A stretch of 64,000 nucleotides of DNA from the NCBI RefSeq assembly GCF_006345805.1, contig NC_042998.1, positions 185,256,001 through 185,320,000 on the forward strand, written 5' to 3'. The position numbers and the translations under genes were made by a program. Source of the DNA: Octopus sinensis (lineage: Eukaryota). How positions within the stretch are numbered: position 1 is the stretch's first letter; the number at the start of each line of letters is the position of its first letter. This document shows, piece after piece, positions 1-12,642 of this stretch. Under the pieces are notes generated by a model that was not told where the DNA came from, did no database searches, and worked only from the letters and a program-made list of their open reading frames with translations.

Positions 1-7
1 ATTATTA

Positions 8-54
<47 letters not shown>

Positions 55-142
55 TTACTATTATTATTATATTATTATTATTTATTATTATTATTATTAT
101 TATGTATTATTATTATTATCATTATTTTATTATTTATTATTA

Positions 143-178
<36 letters not shown>

Positions 179-275
179 TCATTATTTATTATCATTTTTA
201 TTATTATTATTATATTATTATCATCATTATTATTATTTTATTATCATCATTATATTATTATTATTATTATTATTA

Positions 276-305
<30 letters not shown>
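1..305. repeat. degenerate (ATT)n microsatellite
   Basis: Directly visible. Confidence 0.95.
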
Positions 306-310
<5 letters not shown>

Positions 311-771
311 CCTCTCTCTCTCTCTTTCTCGCCCGTGCGCGCACGTTATTCCAATGAAGCGTTAATTTTCGATTTTTCTCATTCTCAAAACCATTTCTCT
401 AAATTTCGTTTCTTATCTATTAATATTCAATGAAAATATATCTACTTACTTTTATTCTTGTTTCCTTTACTTATATTTTTTCTTATTGTTTTTGTCGTGG
501 CCTTGTGCCAATCTAAGAAATCACATTCATTGTTATAGTTTTTTTTGTGCTTATTATTCAGTCCCAGTAATACTTATTACATTGTTGTTGTTGTTGTTCC
601 TCCTCTTCTTCTTCTTGTTCTCCTTCTCTTCCTTCTTCATAATAATCCTCCCCCTTCTCCCCTCATCAGCTTTAAAACTATCATCGTCAAGCATCGGGGA
701 TAATTTTCTCCGAATATGACAATGTGACACGCATAAATAACTGCTATTATTTATGTAGATAGATGTTGTTA

Positions 772-834
<63 letters not shown>

Positions 835-1949
835 CGTCTGTGAGAGAGAGACAGAAAGAGAGAGGGGGAGAAAGACACTTACATAAATGTGAATGTATGG
901 GGTCTGATATGCTAAAAGAAAAGGTATTACAATGAAATGCCACTTAAAGAGGCAATATAAGCAATGTGTGTGTGTGTGTGTGTGTGAGCGTACGTGAATG
1001 TATAAAAATATAAAACATACACACACACGTGTCAGGACATATAAATTTAAAGGTGTAAATATATATATATACATATGCATACGTGTATGTGTATGTGTGT
1101 GTGCGTGCGTGCGTATGTGTGCCATTGTAACTTGGCAGCCATGTTCTACAAAGAGGAAACATGAAATCAAAAGCGTATGCTATATGTATTGCTTTCAGTT
1201 AACGCTGTAAAAATGTTTTGAAGATTCATTTAAAATAGTTAATTTAAAAATTAATGTCTTATGTATTATGAATGCTTTACGTAGAAAAATGTTAGATCAT
1301 TACCAGAATGATAATTATCCTTACAATCAAAGCAGTATTTCTCTACAAGTATCCATCTGGTGTTTGGGGTAATCATCTTAATGTTTAATATAATGATGCG
1401 TATAATTAATAATTGGATAGAAACACATATAATTTATTTCAGAGGATGTTATTGCAAATTACAGAACATTACAAGCAGATATTATTTTAAATACATCTGT
1501 TTGTACCACAGTGAATACGAGCAGAACATTCCGAGCGTTTAGGGAGCTAAATCTAAGATAAAACGAGTTCATCATATATTGGACAGTTACCTAATGAGGC
1601 GTGAGTATAAATACATTGTATTTTTGAGCGGAAGATGTAATTCGGCACAGCTTTAAATCTTCAGAATTTTCTTCGGGGAAAGTTAGCACCGTTACACTAT
1701 CTTCCTAGTCAGTGGAGATATTCACATCTCATTTGCTTAAGTTATGTATTTGAGAACGAGTTCTGTGGTTCGAGATTGAAGTAAACCAACTGACTCTTAC
1801 ATCAAATTTGCGTATTACAGTTAATTGCTTAATGAAATTTTCGACTCGTCTAATTATTGGGTAAGTGGTTGAATATTCTATAGACACTCGTACTCTTGTA
1901 ATTTTCATGCAGAATCAGTATGAAAAAAATTGGGCTCTCAAATCTCAAA

Positions 1950-2366
1950 TTCAGTCCATATGACATCCTTCCCTATATGACCGATAGATGCCCTCTTTCT
2001 CCTGTATTTTTCTGTCCACACTGCGGCCCAGAAGATAGCTGATTTCCACATTAAAGCATACTTTTGTCGTCCCACACAACAATACCTGGCCGGTTGTATT
2101 TTAACTTGGTGGCTGTTTTAATTTTTAAGTTTCTCCAATATTCTTTTAAACCATCGGTCACAATATAGTCAACTTCGTCTGTTGTTATTTTACTTTCTTA
2201 CCTTGTTCCAGACTGTTCTGATCACCCCATTATGCCACGAGGAAAGGTAATATCTAGGAAGGCGTTCTCTCGCGAATGGAAATAATGTGGTTGATGTCTT
2301 TAATCTTAGTTTTGCACAATCTACTTCTGCTGCAGGTACTTGGTGGGGATCTCTTGTTCTTGAATT
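1950..2366 (-). mobile_element. degenerate REL-type (R4/NeSL-like) non-LTR retrotransposon 3' fragment abutting an (ATAC)n array
   Basis: Minus-strand remnants of a REL C-terminus ('VPAAEVD', 'LLCGTTKV'); ends at the (TATG)n array. Confidence 0.45.
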
Positions 2367-2563
2367 GCATGTATGTATGTATGTATGTATGCATTTATGT
2401 ATGCATGTATGTATGTATGTATGTATGTATGTATGTATGTATGTATGTATGTATGTATGTATGAATGTATGTATGTATGTATGCATTTATGTATGTATGT
2501 ATGTATGTATGTATGTATGTATGTATGTATGTATGTATGTATGTATGTATATACGTATGTATG
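2367..2563. repeat. (TATG)n microsatellite
   Basis: Directly visible. Confidence 0.95.
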
Positions 2564-3083
2564 TCCTGGGTATGACTCAATTTCATCTGGTAGTGGGGTT
2601 CTGGTTCAGGTGTTCCAGCGTTTTGAGGAATGAGGAACAATCTCTTGGCCACTATTGTTCCCAGTTCTTCTCTAACCCGGAGTAGTAGCACCTGTCAGGA
2701 TCCCACCTACGTGATTACGGTATTATGTGATAAATTAACATATGTGATCACAGCATCCTTCAAAGAGGCTTTATAATTACAATCTGTTGTTCAGATTACT
2801 TACTGGCTGTTGGGTGATTTTAGTAGAGTACACTCTGCTGCAAGCTTTTATAGTAGGTCTCTAAGTTTGGATGTATATCCCTACTTCTTCCCACCATTCT
2901 CGGAGACCTTGAAAGAGGTCAAGGACATTACCCTTCCTCTTCTAGTTAAGGCATTAAAGAAATACAAATCTTCACTCAAAAATGAATGAGCAAATCCACT
3001 GACAAGTTTTTAACCACATATCTATGATTTGCCAGACGGCCGCGTAACCCGTTGCACTACTTAACAGATAACTTTTCTACTTT

Positions 3084-3315
3084 AGGGCGGCAAGTGGCAG
3101 AAACGTTAGCACGCCGGGAGAAATGCTTAGCGGCATTTCGTCTGTCGTTACGTTCTGAGTTCAAATTCCGCCGAGGTCGACTTTGCCTTTCATCCTTTCG
3201 GGGTCGATAAATTAAGTACCACTTACGCACTGGGGTCGATGTAATCGACTTAATCCTTTTGTCTGTCCTTGTTTGTCCCCTCTATGTTTAGCCCCTTGTG
3301 GGCAATAAAGAAATA
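3084..3315 (+). mobile_element. tRNA-derived SINE family A (Nin/Deu-like body), full length with 18-bp TSD
   Basis: A-box-like TGGCAGAAACG and B-box GAGTTCAAATTCC; TSD AGATAACTTTTCTACTTT at 3066-3083 and 3316-3333. Other copies at approximately 5231-5405(-), 11330-11540(-), 12420-12630(-), 23150-23377(-), 32199-32410(+), 34865-35080(-), 39585-39905(+), 52725-52930(-), 54941-55155(-), 56750-57049(+). Confidence 0.9.
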
Positions 3316-3505
3316 AGATAACTTTTCTACTTTCTCAAATGTGGAGACTATTAGTTGTTTCAACTATGGTGACTGTACAATTTTATTTCCACAACATAAT
3401 TGTCGCTCATTTAGCCCATCGTCAATGCAGATCCGACGTAGGAAACTTCACTTCATCTCGATATTTGCGGCAGGTGATGTATCAAATTATGAATTAACTG
3501 ATAAA

Positions 3506-3914
3506 TCTTTATATATAAAAGTCAAGTTGTGTGTCTGTCTCCTACGATTTAGATTGCTAACTACTCCCACATTTTGCGGTGCAGTTTAACCAAAATCGGG
3601 TATCCTATAGTCGCGATTCATATCGAGCCCTTCTGGGTATTAGCGCGCGTCCACGATGAGTCTACGATGAGTCTACGATTTAAAAAAAATTTACCATCAT
3701 TTTTTTCCATTTTAATGCATTTTTTTCGCTGTTATATAAGGGAAGTAACTCTCTAAAAATGTCTACGATGAGTCAATGATTTTTTAAAAAATTTACCATC
3801 ATTTTTTTCCATTTTTAATGCATTTTTTGCTATTTTTTTTTGCTATAACTCTCTAAAAATGCTTATATAGTTATTTCCCTTACAAACCCGAGCAACGCCG
3901 GGCGATACTGCTAG
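3506..3914 (+). mobile_element. non-autonomous Helitron (family H1)
   Basis: Inserted A^T; 5' TC; 3' hairpin CCCGAGCAACGCCGGG followed by CTAG; second copy at 30047-30439 (-). Confidence 0.85.
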
Positions 3915-4250
3915 TTTGTAATAAAATTTCAGTAGAAAATATATAATTTGTACTAAACGCTTACTATTTCTTTTTCCCGAGGTCTGTAATATTTTGTAAC
4001 GCTCTCCAACCAGCTCAGAAGACTTCGATCTGAACTTTAACTATATTAACTTTCTTTTGTAGTTCTTTCCGACCTTCCAGTCTAAAGACTTATTAAAATA
4101 AAATTCTATGGATAAATCCACCTCTACCTTCTCCAACTAATGAATTAAAATATCATATATATACATATATATATATATATCTGTATGTATGTATATACAC
4201 CTGCATGCACACATACAAACATACAAACATACATATATGCATTATATATA

Positions 4251-4306
<56 letters not shown>

Positions 4307-4510
4307 AGCACGGATATATATATATTATATATATATATATATCCGTGCTTATTGAACAGTATGGGAGAATCTTAAAGAGCTCTAGGCACTTCTATCCTTT
4401 CTTCTCTTCGTCGTCTCTTCACACTAAATAATAATTTCTTGCATCAGACACAGACCGCATATTTGTAGGGAAGGTATGTATAACACATTGAACTTTCGTC
4501 AGGATACTAC

Positions 4511-4922
4511 TGGCGTGTGGTAAGTAGCTTGCTTACCAACCACATGGTTCCGGGTTCAGTCTCACTGCGTGGCACCTTGGGCAAGTGTCTTCTACTATAG
4601 CCTCGGGCCGACCAAGCCTTGTGAGTGGATTTGGTAGACGGAAACTGAAAAGAAGCCCGTCGTATATATGTGTATATATATATATGCGTGTGTGTGTTTG
4701 TGTGTCTGTGTTTGTCCCTCTAGCATTGCTTGACAACCGATGCTGGTGTGTTTAAGTCCCCGTCACTTAGCGGTTCGGCAAAAGAGACCGATAGAATAAG
4801 TACTGGGCTTACAAAGAATAAGTCCCGGGGTCGAGTTGCTCGACTAAAGGCGGTGCTCCAGCGAGGCCGCAGTCAAATGACTGAGACAAGTAAAAGAGTA
4901 AAAGAGTAAAAGAGTAAAGAGT
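4511..4922 (+). mobile_element. tRNA-derived SINE family B (internal TA/TG repeat, GAGTAAAA tail)
   Basis: TGGTAAG A-box-like and GGGTTCAGTC B-box-like head. Copies at approximately 9490-9882(-), 22645-22760(-), 33167-33420(+), 37612-38048(+), 38893-39292(+), 41928-42090(+), 42945-43095(-), 44712-44925(-), 55831-56230(-), 57525-58085(-), 60944-61330(-). Confidence 0.9.
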
Positions 4923-5514
4923 ACTTATATTATCGTCCCCTCCTCTCTAAAAGGAATACATGACGAAAATTTGAACTCCGAACGTAAAGGAGCATAACTA
5001 GATTCTCCATGACATTTTATCCGGTATCCTACGTATAATGCCATCACGGATTAAATAATTATTTCTAGCATAAACACTAGGCCAGAAATTTGGAGGGAAG
5101 AATTTAATCGATAAAATCAGTGCCAGTATATGACTGGTATTTTATTTAATGCCCCATCCCCACCTCGGAAGGATGACAGACAAAATCAGTTTCAGCTGGC
5201 TCTTAAGCCAGAATCTCTCTCTATATATATATTTCTTTATTGCCCACAGGGGGCTAAACATAGAGGGGACAAACAAGGACAGACGGAGGGATTAAGTCGA
5301 TTACATCTACCCCAGTGCTAAACTGGTACTTTATTTATCGACCCCGAAAGGATGAAAGGCAAAGTCGACCTCGGCGGAATTTGAACTCAGAACGTAACGA
5401 CAGACTTCAAATTCCGCCGAGGTCGACTTTGCTTTTCATCCTTTCGGGGTCGATAAATAAAGTACCAGTTTTGCATTGGGGTCGATGTAATCGACTTAAT
5501 CCTTCCGTCTGTCC

Positions 5515-5875
5515 TCTATATATATAAACGGCAAAATGTCTGTGTGCGTGTCCTTTATACAAATTCACAATTTTTCAGTTAGAGGGCTCGCACTTTCTAT
5601 GGTCATTCAAACCATCCAGGGTGGTGGGCGCACATCCTTTACATTCCCCAGTCATCCCGCAAAGCCATTAAAAAATCAATAGAAGTGACTTTTTTGTGAA
5701 TTTTCTATCCAAAACCCAATCAAAATGCCTGAAACTTGATACGCCAATTGAATGCCAGCTAGCTGTATGTGATTGGTCGGAGATTTGGACAGTACTCGCG
5801 TGTATGTACGCACGCACGCAGCCGTACATGCATGCACTAGCACTATGACCCGGCATTGCCGGATCATAGTTCTAG
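5515..5875 (+). mobile_element. non-autonomous Helitron (family H2)
   Basis: 5' TCTATATATATAAA; 3' hairpin GACCCGGCATTGCCGGATC followed by CTAG|T. Confidence 0.75.
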
Positions 5876-5944
5876 TGTAAAATAAATAAATACCAAAAAG
5901 GCATTTTGAGAGGAAGGTAAGGTAGTCAATACCATTCACCCTAG

Positions 5945-6414
5945 TACATGGTATAAAAGATGGGCTACAGCAAATATCCTATTCAATACCACAGATTTGC
6001 TTGTCAGTTGTTCGACCATAACTAGTTGAGCATGTCCCTTAGTGGCTGACAATATGTGAATCTCTGATCACAAGCAGTAGTGGGGAGCATCGTAGCCATG
6101 TGTTGAGAGGAATTCTTTAGGGCTTGTATAATTCACCTCTGGAAACATGGGTGTTTCGTTCAACATCCTTAAACAACCCTTATTCAAGGACCATTTGAGC
6201 GAGATAGGCTACTTGACCTGAAGAAACTTCTAACTGGGCCCCTCCTGCAAGGTCATGCGCTTTAATCTTGATATGAAATCATCATGTCGCACACATATGG
6301 TTGTGATGCATGTGCTTGGTGTAGCCTTATCAGACGAGTAGTCATAATGGGTATACTGGGCTTCGTATATTTTACCCCCAGTGTCACTTTGATGGCATGC
6401 ACTCATCTCTCAAT
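5945..6414 (+). mobile_element. interspersed repeat ending in a microsatellite (non-LTR 3' UTR or SINE)
   Basis: Its 3' end CACTTTGATGGCATGCACT...CTCAAT recurs inverted at 31303-31336 beside an (AAT)n array. Confidence 0.55.
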
Positions 6415-6528
6415 CGAAGAAGAAGAAGAAGAGAAGAAGAAGAAGAAGAAGAAGAAGAAGAAGAAGAAGAAGAAGAAGAAGAAGAAGAAGAAGAAGAAGA
6501 AGAAGAAGAAGAAGAAGAAGAAGAAGAG

Positions 6529-6613
6529 TAGAGTCAAAATTAAAAGAAGAGTGCCATTGTTATCCAGTGAACGATATGATAACAATGGCACTCTTCTTTT
6601 AATTTTGACTCTA
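6529..6613. repeat. perfect inverted repeat (36-bp arms, 13-nt loop)
   Basis: TAGAGTCAAAATTAAAAGAAGAGTGCCATTGTTATC (6529-6564) and its exact reverse complement at 6578-6613. Confidence 0.95.
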
Positions 6614-6642
6614 TATCTTCTGGAGGTGTTACCTCAATCTTT

Positions 6643-6721
<79 letters not shown>

Positions 6722-6722
6722 C

Positions 6723-6790
<68 letters not shown>

Positions 6791-6792
<2 letters not shown>

Positions 6793-7336
6793 GTGAAATG
6801 ATGAAGGTAATTCAACCTCAATCCAGCTATAAATACCTGGGAATACTTGAGGTGGATGGAATTAAATACAATGACATGAAGGAAAAGACAAAAAGATAGT
6901 ACCTGCGATGAGTGAGAAAATTATTGGCTTCAAAGCTGAATGCCAGAAACATAATTCCAGCAAAAAAACTCGCACGCAGTCGACGCTGGAATCCTGAAGT
7001 GGACAGAGGAGGAGCTAAAGGAGATGAACAGGAAGTCAAGAAAACTCCTAACGATGCGTAGAGCCCATCATCCACGTGCAGACACTGATCGCCTATACAT
7101 GAGGAGAACAAATGGAGGAAGGGAATTGATAAGCCCAAAGTAAGGAAACATTGCTAGTGACAGTTAGGAACGAGTGAGTATGGAGAGCAGAGAGAGAGAA
7201 AAAGGGAATACAAATGAAGAAGTACAAAACGAAAAATGAAGAAGAAATACGCAAGAACGGACTAACACAATCAATTCCATGTAACCAGAACGGAGGTGCT
7301 GGGAAAAATCAAGTGGGATTGGCTCAATCCTTTAGA
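6791..7336 (+). mobile_element. R4/Dong-like LINE fragment (post-RT region), internally deleted
   Basis: YKYLGILEVDGIKYNDMKEK and HHPRADTDRLYMRRTNGGR motifs; flanked by (AAT)n on both sides. Confidence 0.8.
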
Positions 7337-7341
7337 TAATG

Positions 7342-7397
<56 letters not shown>

Positions 7398-7398
<1 letters not shown>

Positions 7399-7985
7399 TA
7401 TTCACAGACATGACAGAGTTGGAACCTACATACACTGAAAGCTATGCCAACAATATGGAATAACAACAGAAAAAAGATGGTATAGGCACACACCAGAAAA
7501 GGTCACGGAAAACGAAAAAGCAACCATACTTTGGGATATGCCGATACACACAGATAGAGAAATTAAGGCCAAAAGGCCAGATATAGTTGTCAAAGATAAT
7601 GAAGAAAAAAAATGCTTTCTAATTGATGTATCAATACCGGCTGATGACAACGTGTCTCTAAAAGAAATGGAGAAACTCTCAAAATACAAAGACGTGGAAA
7701 TAGAGGTAACCAGAATGTGGAATCTAAAAACAGAAACAATTCTTATCATAGTAGGTGCATTAGGTATGATAAAAAAATATTCAGACAAATACATAACAAA
7801 AACACCAGGACTTACAAACACATATAACATACAGAAAATTGCACTACTAGGCACTGCACACATCCTACGCAGAACACTTTCCATACTAAACATCAGAGCA
7901 TCACAACAAATCACAGCACATACCCAAGGCACACAGAGCTGCGCTCGGTAGTGTGAGTGAAAGCACGCTATAAAAAAAAAAACTA

Positions 7986-7990
<5 letters not shown>
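7398..7990 (+). mobile_element. R4/Dong-like LINE 3' fragment with REL endonuclease domain
   Basis: HRHDRVG...WDMPIHTDREIKAKRPDIVV...FLIDVSIP...EKLSKY...IIVGALG...IQKIALLGTAHILRRTL (ORF 7538-7951); flanked by (AAT)n. Confidence 0.92.
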
Positions 7991-8045
<55 letters not shown>

Positions 8046-8046
<1 letters not shown>

Positions 8047-8445
8047 GACCAGATATTGTCATATTGAATTAGAGATACAAATACTGTCAGATTATTAATG
8101 TAGCCTTATCAAATGACATGAATGTTTTGAGTAAAGAGGTTGAAAAAATCACCAATTACTCCGAATTGAAAGTGGAAATGGCAAGACTGTATGGAATGCA
8201 AGAGGGTAATGTAAAAGTGATACCAGTGGTGATCGGGGAGTTGGGCTCAATCCCATTGAAACTTTAAAACTTCTTAAGGCAACTGGAAATCCCATGCAAG
8301 ATTGAGGTCTTGCAAAAAAGCAGCCTTACTGGGCACAGCGCACATCTTAAGGAAAGTATTATCTGTCTGGGGTCCTTGTAGTGACTTGATAGATGACTAA
8401 AAACGCCGGTGCATTTTTACCTACACTGTGTCACGAAGGAAAATT
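8046..8445 (+). mobile_element. second R4/Dong-like REL 3' fragment (different subfamily)
   Basis: RPDIVILN...KEVEKITNYSELKVE...VIPVVIGELG...LLGTAHILRKVL with stops; lies between (AAT)n arrays. Confidence 0.85.
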
Positions 8446-8468
8446 AATAATAATAATAATAATAATTA

Positions 8469-8533
<65 letters not shown>

Positions 8534-8723
8534 AATAATAACAACAATAATAATAATAATAATTTTAACTTTAAAAAAAATTTTTTTAAAAAATGAACGA
8601 ACTATTGAGTTTAATTTAATGGCCTACCAATGTATACTATGAGTTTCTTTGCCCTAGTCGGGAAGACACTCGGCAAGAAAGGAAGCAATTTGAATGAAAG
8701 AAGAAAAAAAAAAAAAAATAATA

Positions 8724-8769
<46 letters not shown>

Positions 8770-8773
8770 GAAA

Positions 8774-8804
<31 letters not shown>

Positions 8805-8979
8805 AAGAAGAAGAAGAAGAAGAAGAAGAAGAAGAAGAAATAATGATGTTGCTGATGTTACTACAACTACTGGTGCTGCTGCTGCTAATGATGATAAATG
8901 CGGCCCCTGTATATGAAGATTAGTGGGTAAAAATAAATAGATAAATATTTTTTTTTTAATGAAAATTTAATAATAATTT

Positions 8980-9485
8980 AACTTTACTTGAAAAGACAAT
9001 TTCAAACAGTACACCGAATTGCTTGTCCAATGTTTATTCAGGAATACGAACCTGGAAGGTCACTTAAACGGGACTTGTCCCAAATTAAGCTCCCAAAGTT
9101 CACCACCACAACGACCAGAAAATCAAAAATGTAAAAGGACTAAATGGAACCGGGAAGAATATAAAGAAGTAATATATGCTTATTACTTTGCATTAAGTAG
9201 GCCAACCCAAGAGAAACACACCGCAAACTCCTACAGAATTTGGAGGAGCCGGAATCCCGCTAGCAGACCAAACCTGGATGAAAACAGATTAGTAAATGTT
9301 AGAAGAGATATCTTCAGAAATACCAGACCCACAGATACAGAATTAACCTCTATTAAAAAAGTGGTGGAAAATGACCTAAATATAAGTCAGGAAGGAAATA
9401 ATGAAGCAGAGGAGAGGAATGTTGGACCACAAGCATTGACTGAAATGGAGAGCATTATCGCTGTGAAAACAACATCCATTCATGA
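8980..9485 (+). mobile_element. R4/Dong-like LINE 5' ORF fragment, truncated by a SINE
   Basis: ORF 9019-9549 KRTKWNREEYKEVIYAYY...YRIWRSRNP...LDENRLVNVRRDI resembles the N-terminal region of R4/Dong ORFs. Confidence 0.65.
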
Positions 9486-9904
9486 ATTTATTTACTCTTT
9501 TACTTGTTTCAGTCATTTGACTGCGGCCATGCTGGAGCACCGCCTTTAATCGAGCAACTCGATCCCGGGACTTATTCTTTTGTAAGCCCAGTACTTATTT
9601 ATCGGTTCTCTTTTGCCGAACCGCTAAGTGACGGGGACGTAAACACACCAGCATCGGTTGTCAAGTAATGCTAGGGGGACAAACACAGACACACAAACAC
9701 ACACATACATATATATATACATATATACGACAGGCTTCTTTCAGTTTCCGTCTACCAAATCCACTCACAAGGCATTGGTCGGCCCGGGGGGCTATAGCAG
9801 AAGACACGTGCCCAAGATGCCAACGCAGTGAGACTGAACCCGGGAAACCATGTGGTGGGTTAGCAAGCTACTTACCCACAGCCTTTTTTTAACTATCATA
9901 TTTT

Positions 9905-10580
9905 ACCTGTGAATTTGCTGTGTGTAATCTGGGAATGCATACAATGAACTCTCTGCCCTAGGTTTACGGAAAAACTGGGCGAGAAAGGGAAGAAAAATTT
10001 GAGAAAGAGGAAAAGGGAAAAAATAATAAGGAGGCATAGGTGAGAGAGATATTACAAGGACAGGCAACAATTTGCGTGAGGGGCTTACATAAAGGATGAG
10101 GAGAAAGAAATGGAAAAGACAGTGAAATGCAATAAAAGTATACATATTACACAAAGTATGTGATAACATGAATGAGCAGTCCTCCTGATACAGGATAAAC
10201 GCCAACTAAGGCCAATCAAGCGACCTCACAGATCCAGGGTTACCCTGAAGGTACAAGCCTTCTCTCCTGCTCTCCAATTTATAAGCACATACTTAGAGTA
10301 GGACCATTGACTTTAACTATTTTTGCCACAGATTCCCATCTTTTTCACAAATTCACTGGCAGGTAACGCTTTCCTCTCCACCTTCGCTTTCCTTTCGAAG
10401 TGAAACTTTAAAAAGTCGATGTGAAGAAGGTGTCTTTCCTCAATCCGTTCAGCCTCGTCCACCGCAGAACCTCTTTCATCATAGCCACTAGACAGAGGAA
10501 CACTGCTTGCTCGGACTTGTTAAAGACAGATGGTAGGCAGTCCTCACGATGGATTCGTCCCACACGTGATAACAGCTTCT
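9905..10580 (-). mobile_element. L1/Tx1-like LINE 3' fragment (ORF2 C-terminus and 3' UTR)
   Basis: Minus-strand SEQAVFLCLVAMMKEVLRWTRLNGL...KFHFERKAKVERK, resembling the L1/Tx1 ORF2 tail. Confidence 0.55.
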
Positions 10581-10657
10581 GAACCCACAATGTAAAATCG
10601 GACGAAATGCTGCAAAGCATTTTTCCTGGCGTATTAACGAAGCTGCAACTCGAAACG

Positions 10658-10691
<34 letters not shown>

Positions 10692-11719
10692 GAAGAAGAA
10701 GAAGAAGAAGAAGAAGAAGAAGAAGAAGAAGAAGGAGGAGGAGGAGGAGGAGGTGGAGGAGGAGGAGGAGGAGAGAAGAAAGAGAAAAGAAGAAGAAGAA
10801 AAAAAGAAGAAGAAAGAGAAGAAGAGAAAGAAAGAAGAAGAAGACAGAAGAAGGAAGAAGAGAAGAAGAAGAAGAAGAAGAAGAAGAAGAAGAAGAAGAA
10901 GCTATAACCATTTTATGCGAATAGAAAGGTAAGTCTTCTTTTGGGACTTTCCTATACTTCGAAAGAGGAACATGACACAAGAAACCGGATATTGCAAGCG
11001 TCGACAAGAGGACGCGGCATGCCAACGTGACCAGAGTAAAACAATTTTTTTCTTAAAGGAAAAGGGAGAGATTGGAGCTTTATACCAACCTAAGATAATG
11101 AAATCCCCGAGTAGATGCAGTGCAGAAAACTTGTCTACTAGGTTCAACAAGAATTGTCTGAAATGTTCTTAATACAACGTAAAAAGAAATATGAATGAAG
11201 AGTAAAAACATATCTACAAAATACACAAAATATTTCTCATCCAAGACCACGACTTGTGGTTCTATAGGGAGCGTAATTAAAGCTAACAAAACACAAATTT
11301 CGTAAAACAGTAAATAATATTAATAATAATCCTTTCTACTATAGGCACATGGCTTCAAATTTTGGGGGAGGAAGATAGTCGATTATATCGACCCCAGTAT
11401 TCAACTGATACTTATTTTGTCGACCCCGAAAGGATGAAAGGCAAAGTCGACCTTGGTGGAATTTGAATTCAGAACGTAAAGATGGATGAAATGCAGTTAA
11501 GCATTTTATCCGGCATGCTAACGATTCTGCAAGCTCGCTGCTTTAATGATAATAATAATGGTTTCAAATTCTGGCACACGGCCAGCAACCTCGGAGAAGG
11601 GAGAAGTGGATTAGATCGACCCCAGTGCTTCACTGGTACTTATTTTATCGATGTCGAAAGGATGGAGAGCAAACTCAACTTCTGCGGAGTTTGAACTCAG
11701 AACGTAAAGCCGAATAAAA

Positions 11720-12400
11720 AGCCAAGTTCCAAATAGTTAAGAGTGGTGAATCACCCTTTTGTAGGAAGCGTAACATCAAGAAGGAAACAGTCTCTCATAC
11801 TGTAAGTGAATATAGCAAACTGGCTAAAAAGGAATACAAAAGGCTAATTATGCTCATTGAAGATTGTGTGAGAAGTACGGTTTTGAAAAGACATTGAAAT
11901 AGTACGTGTATAAACCAGAAGGTGTCACCGAGAATAAGATCTTGTGAAGTTTTACAACCTCATTTAATCCAGTGGTTGATGCTTGGAGACCAGACATTGT
12001 TGTAGTTGATAAAACGATGAAGGAAACCTAGATCATAGATATTGCCATACCTGGGGATGTACTAGTGAATGATAAAGAACTGGAAAAGATTGAAAAGTAC
12101 AAGCCACTAAAAGGTGAGATTGCACAAATGTGAACAATGAAGAACTGTCATCTCAGTAGTTGTAAGCATTGGAAGTATTAACAACCAGGTGTGAGAAATT
12201 TGTTGGATAAACTGGGAATGACATGAAGGTAGAACTTGCTCAGAAAACTGCTTTATTGTGGACAGCTAGAATTTTGAGATTGATAATTGGATGTTAAGTA
12301 TCGTGGAAGAAGACACTGAGAGATCTTTGACAATAGGTTGTTGTCTGCTCTTACAGAATTAACCAGAACAGGTTAAGTCGAGAGCTCTGAGACGTGAAAT
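11720..12400 (+). mobile_element. degenerate R4/Dong-like CCHC-REL fragment
   Basis: RPDIVVVDK...IIDIAIPGD...DKELEKIEKYKPLKGE with stops and frameshifts. Confidence 0.8.
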
Positions 12401-12642
12401 AACAATTATGACAATAATAATGGTTTCTAATTTTGACAGAGTCCAGCAATTTCGGGGGAGGAGAAGTCGATTACATCGATCCTGGTATTCAGCTGGTACA
12501 TATTTTATCGATCCCGAAAGGATGAAATGCAAAGTTCACCCCAGCGGAATTTGAACTCAGAACATAAAGACAGATGAAACGCCGCTAAGCATTTTGCCAG
12601 CGTGTTACCGATTCTGCCAGTTCGCCACCGAACGATAATAAT

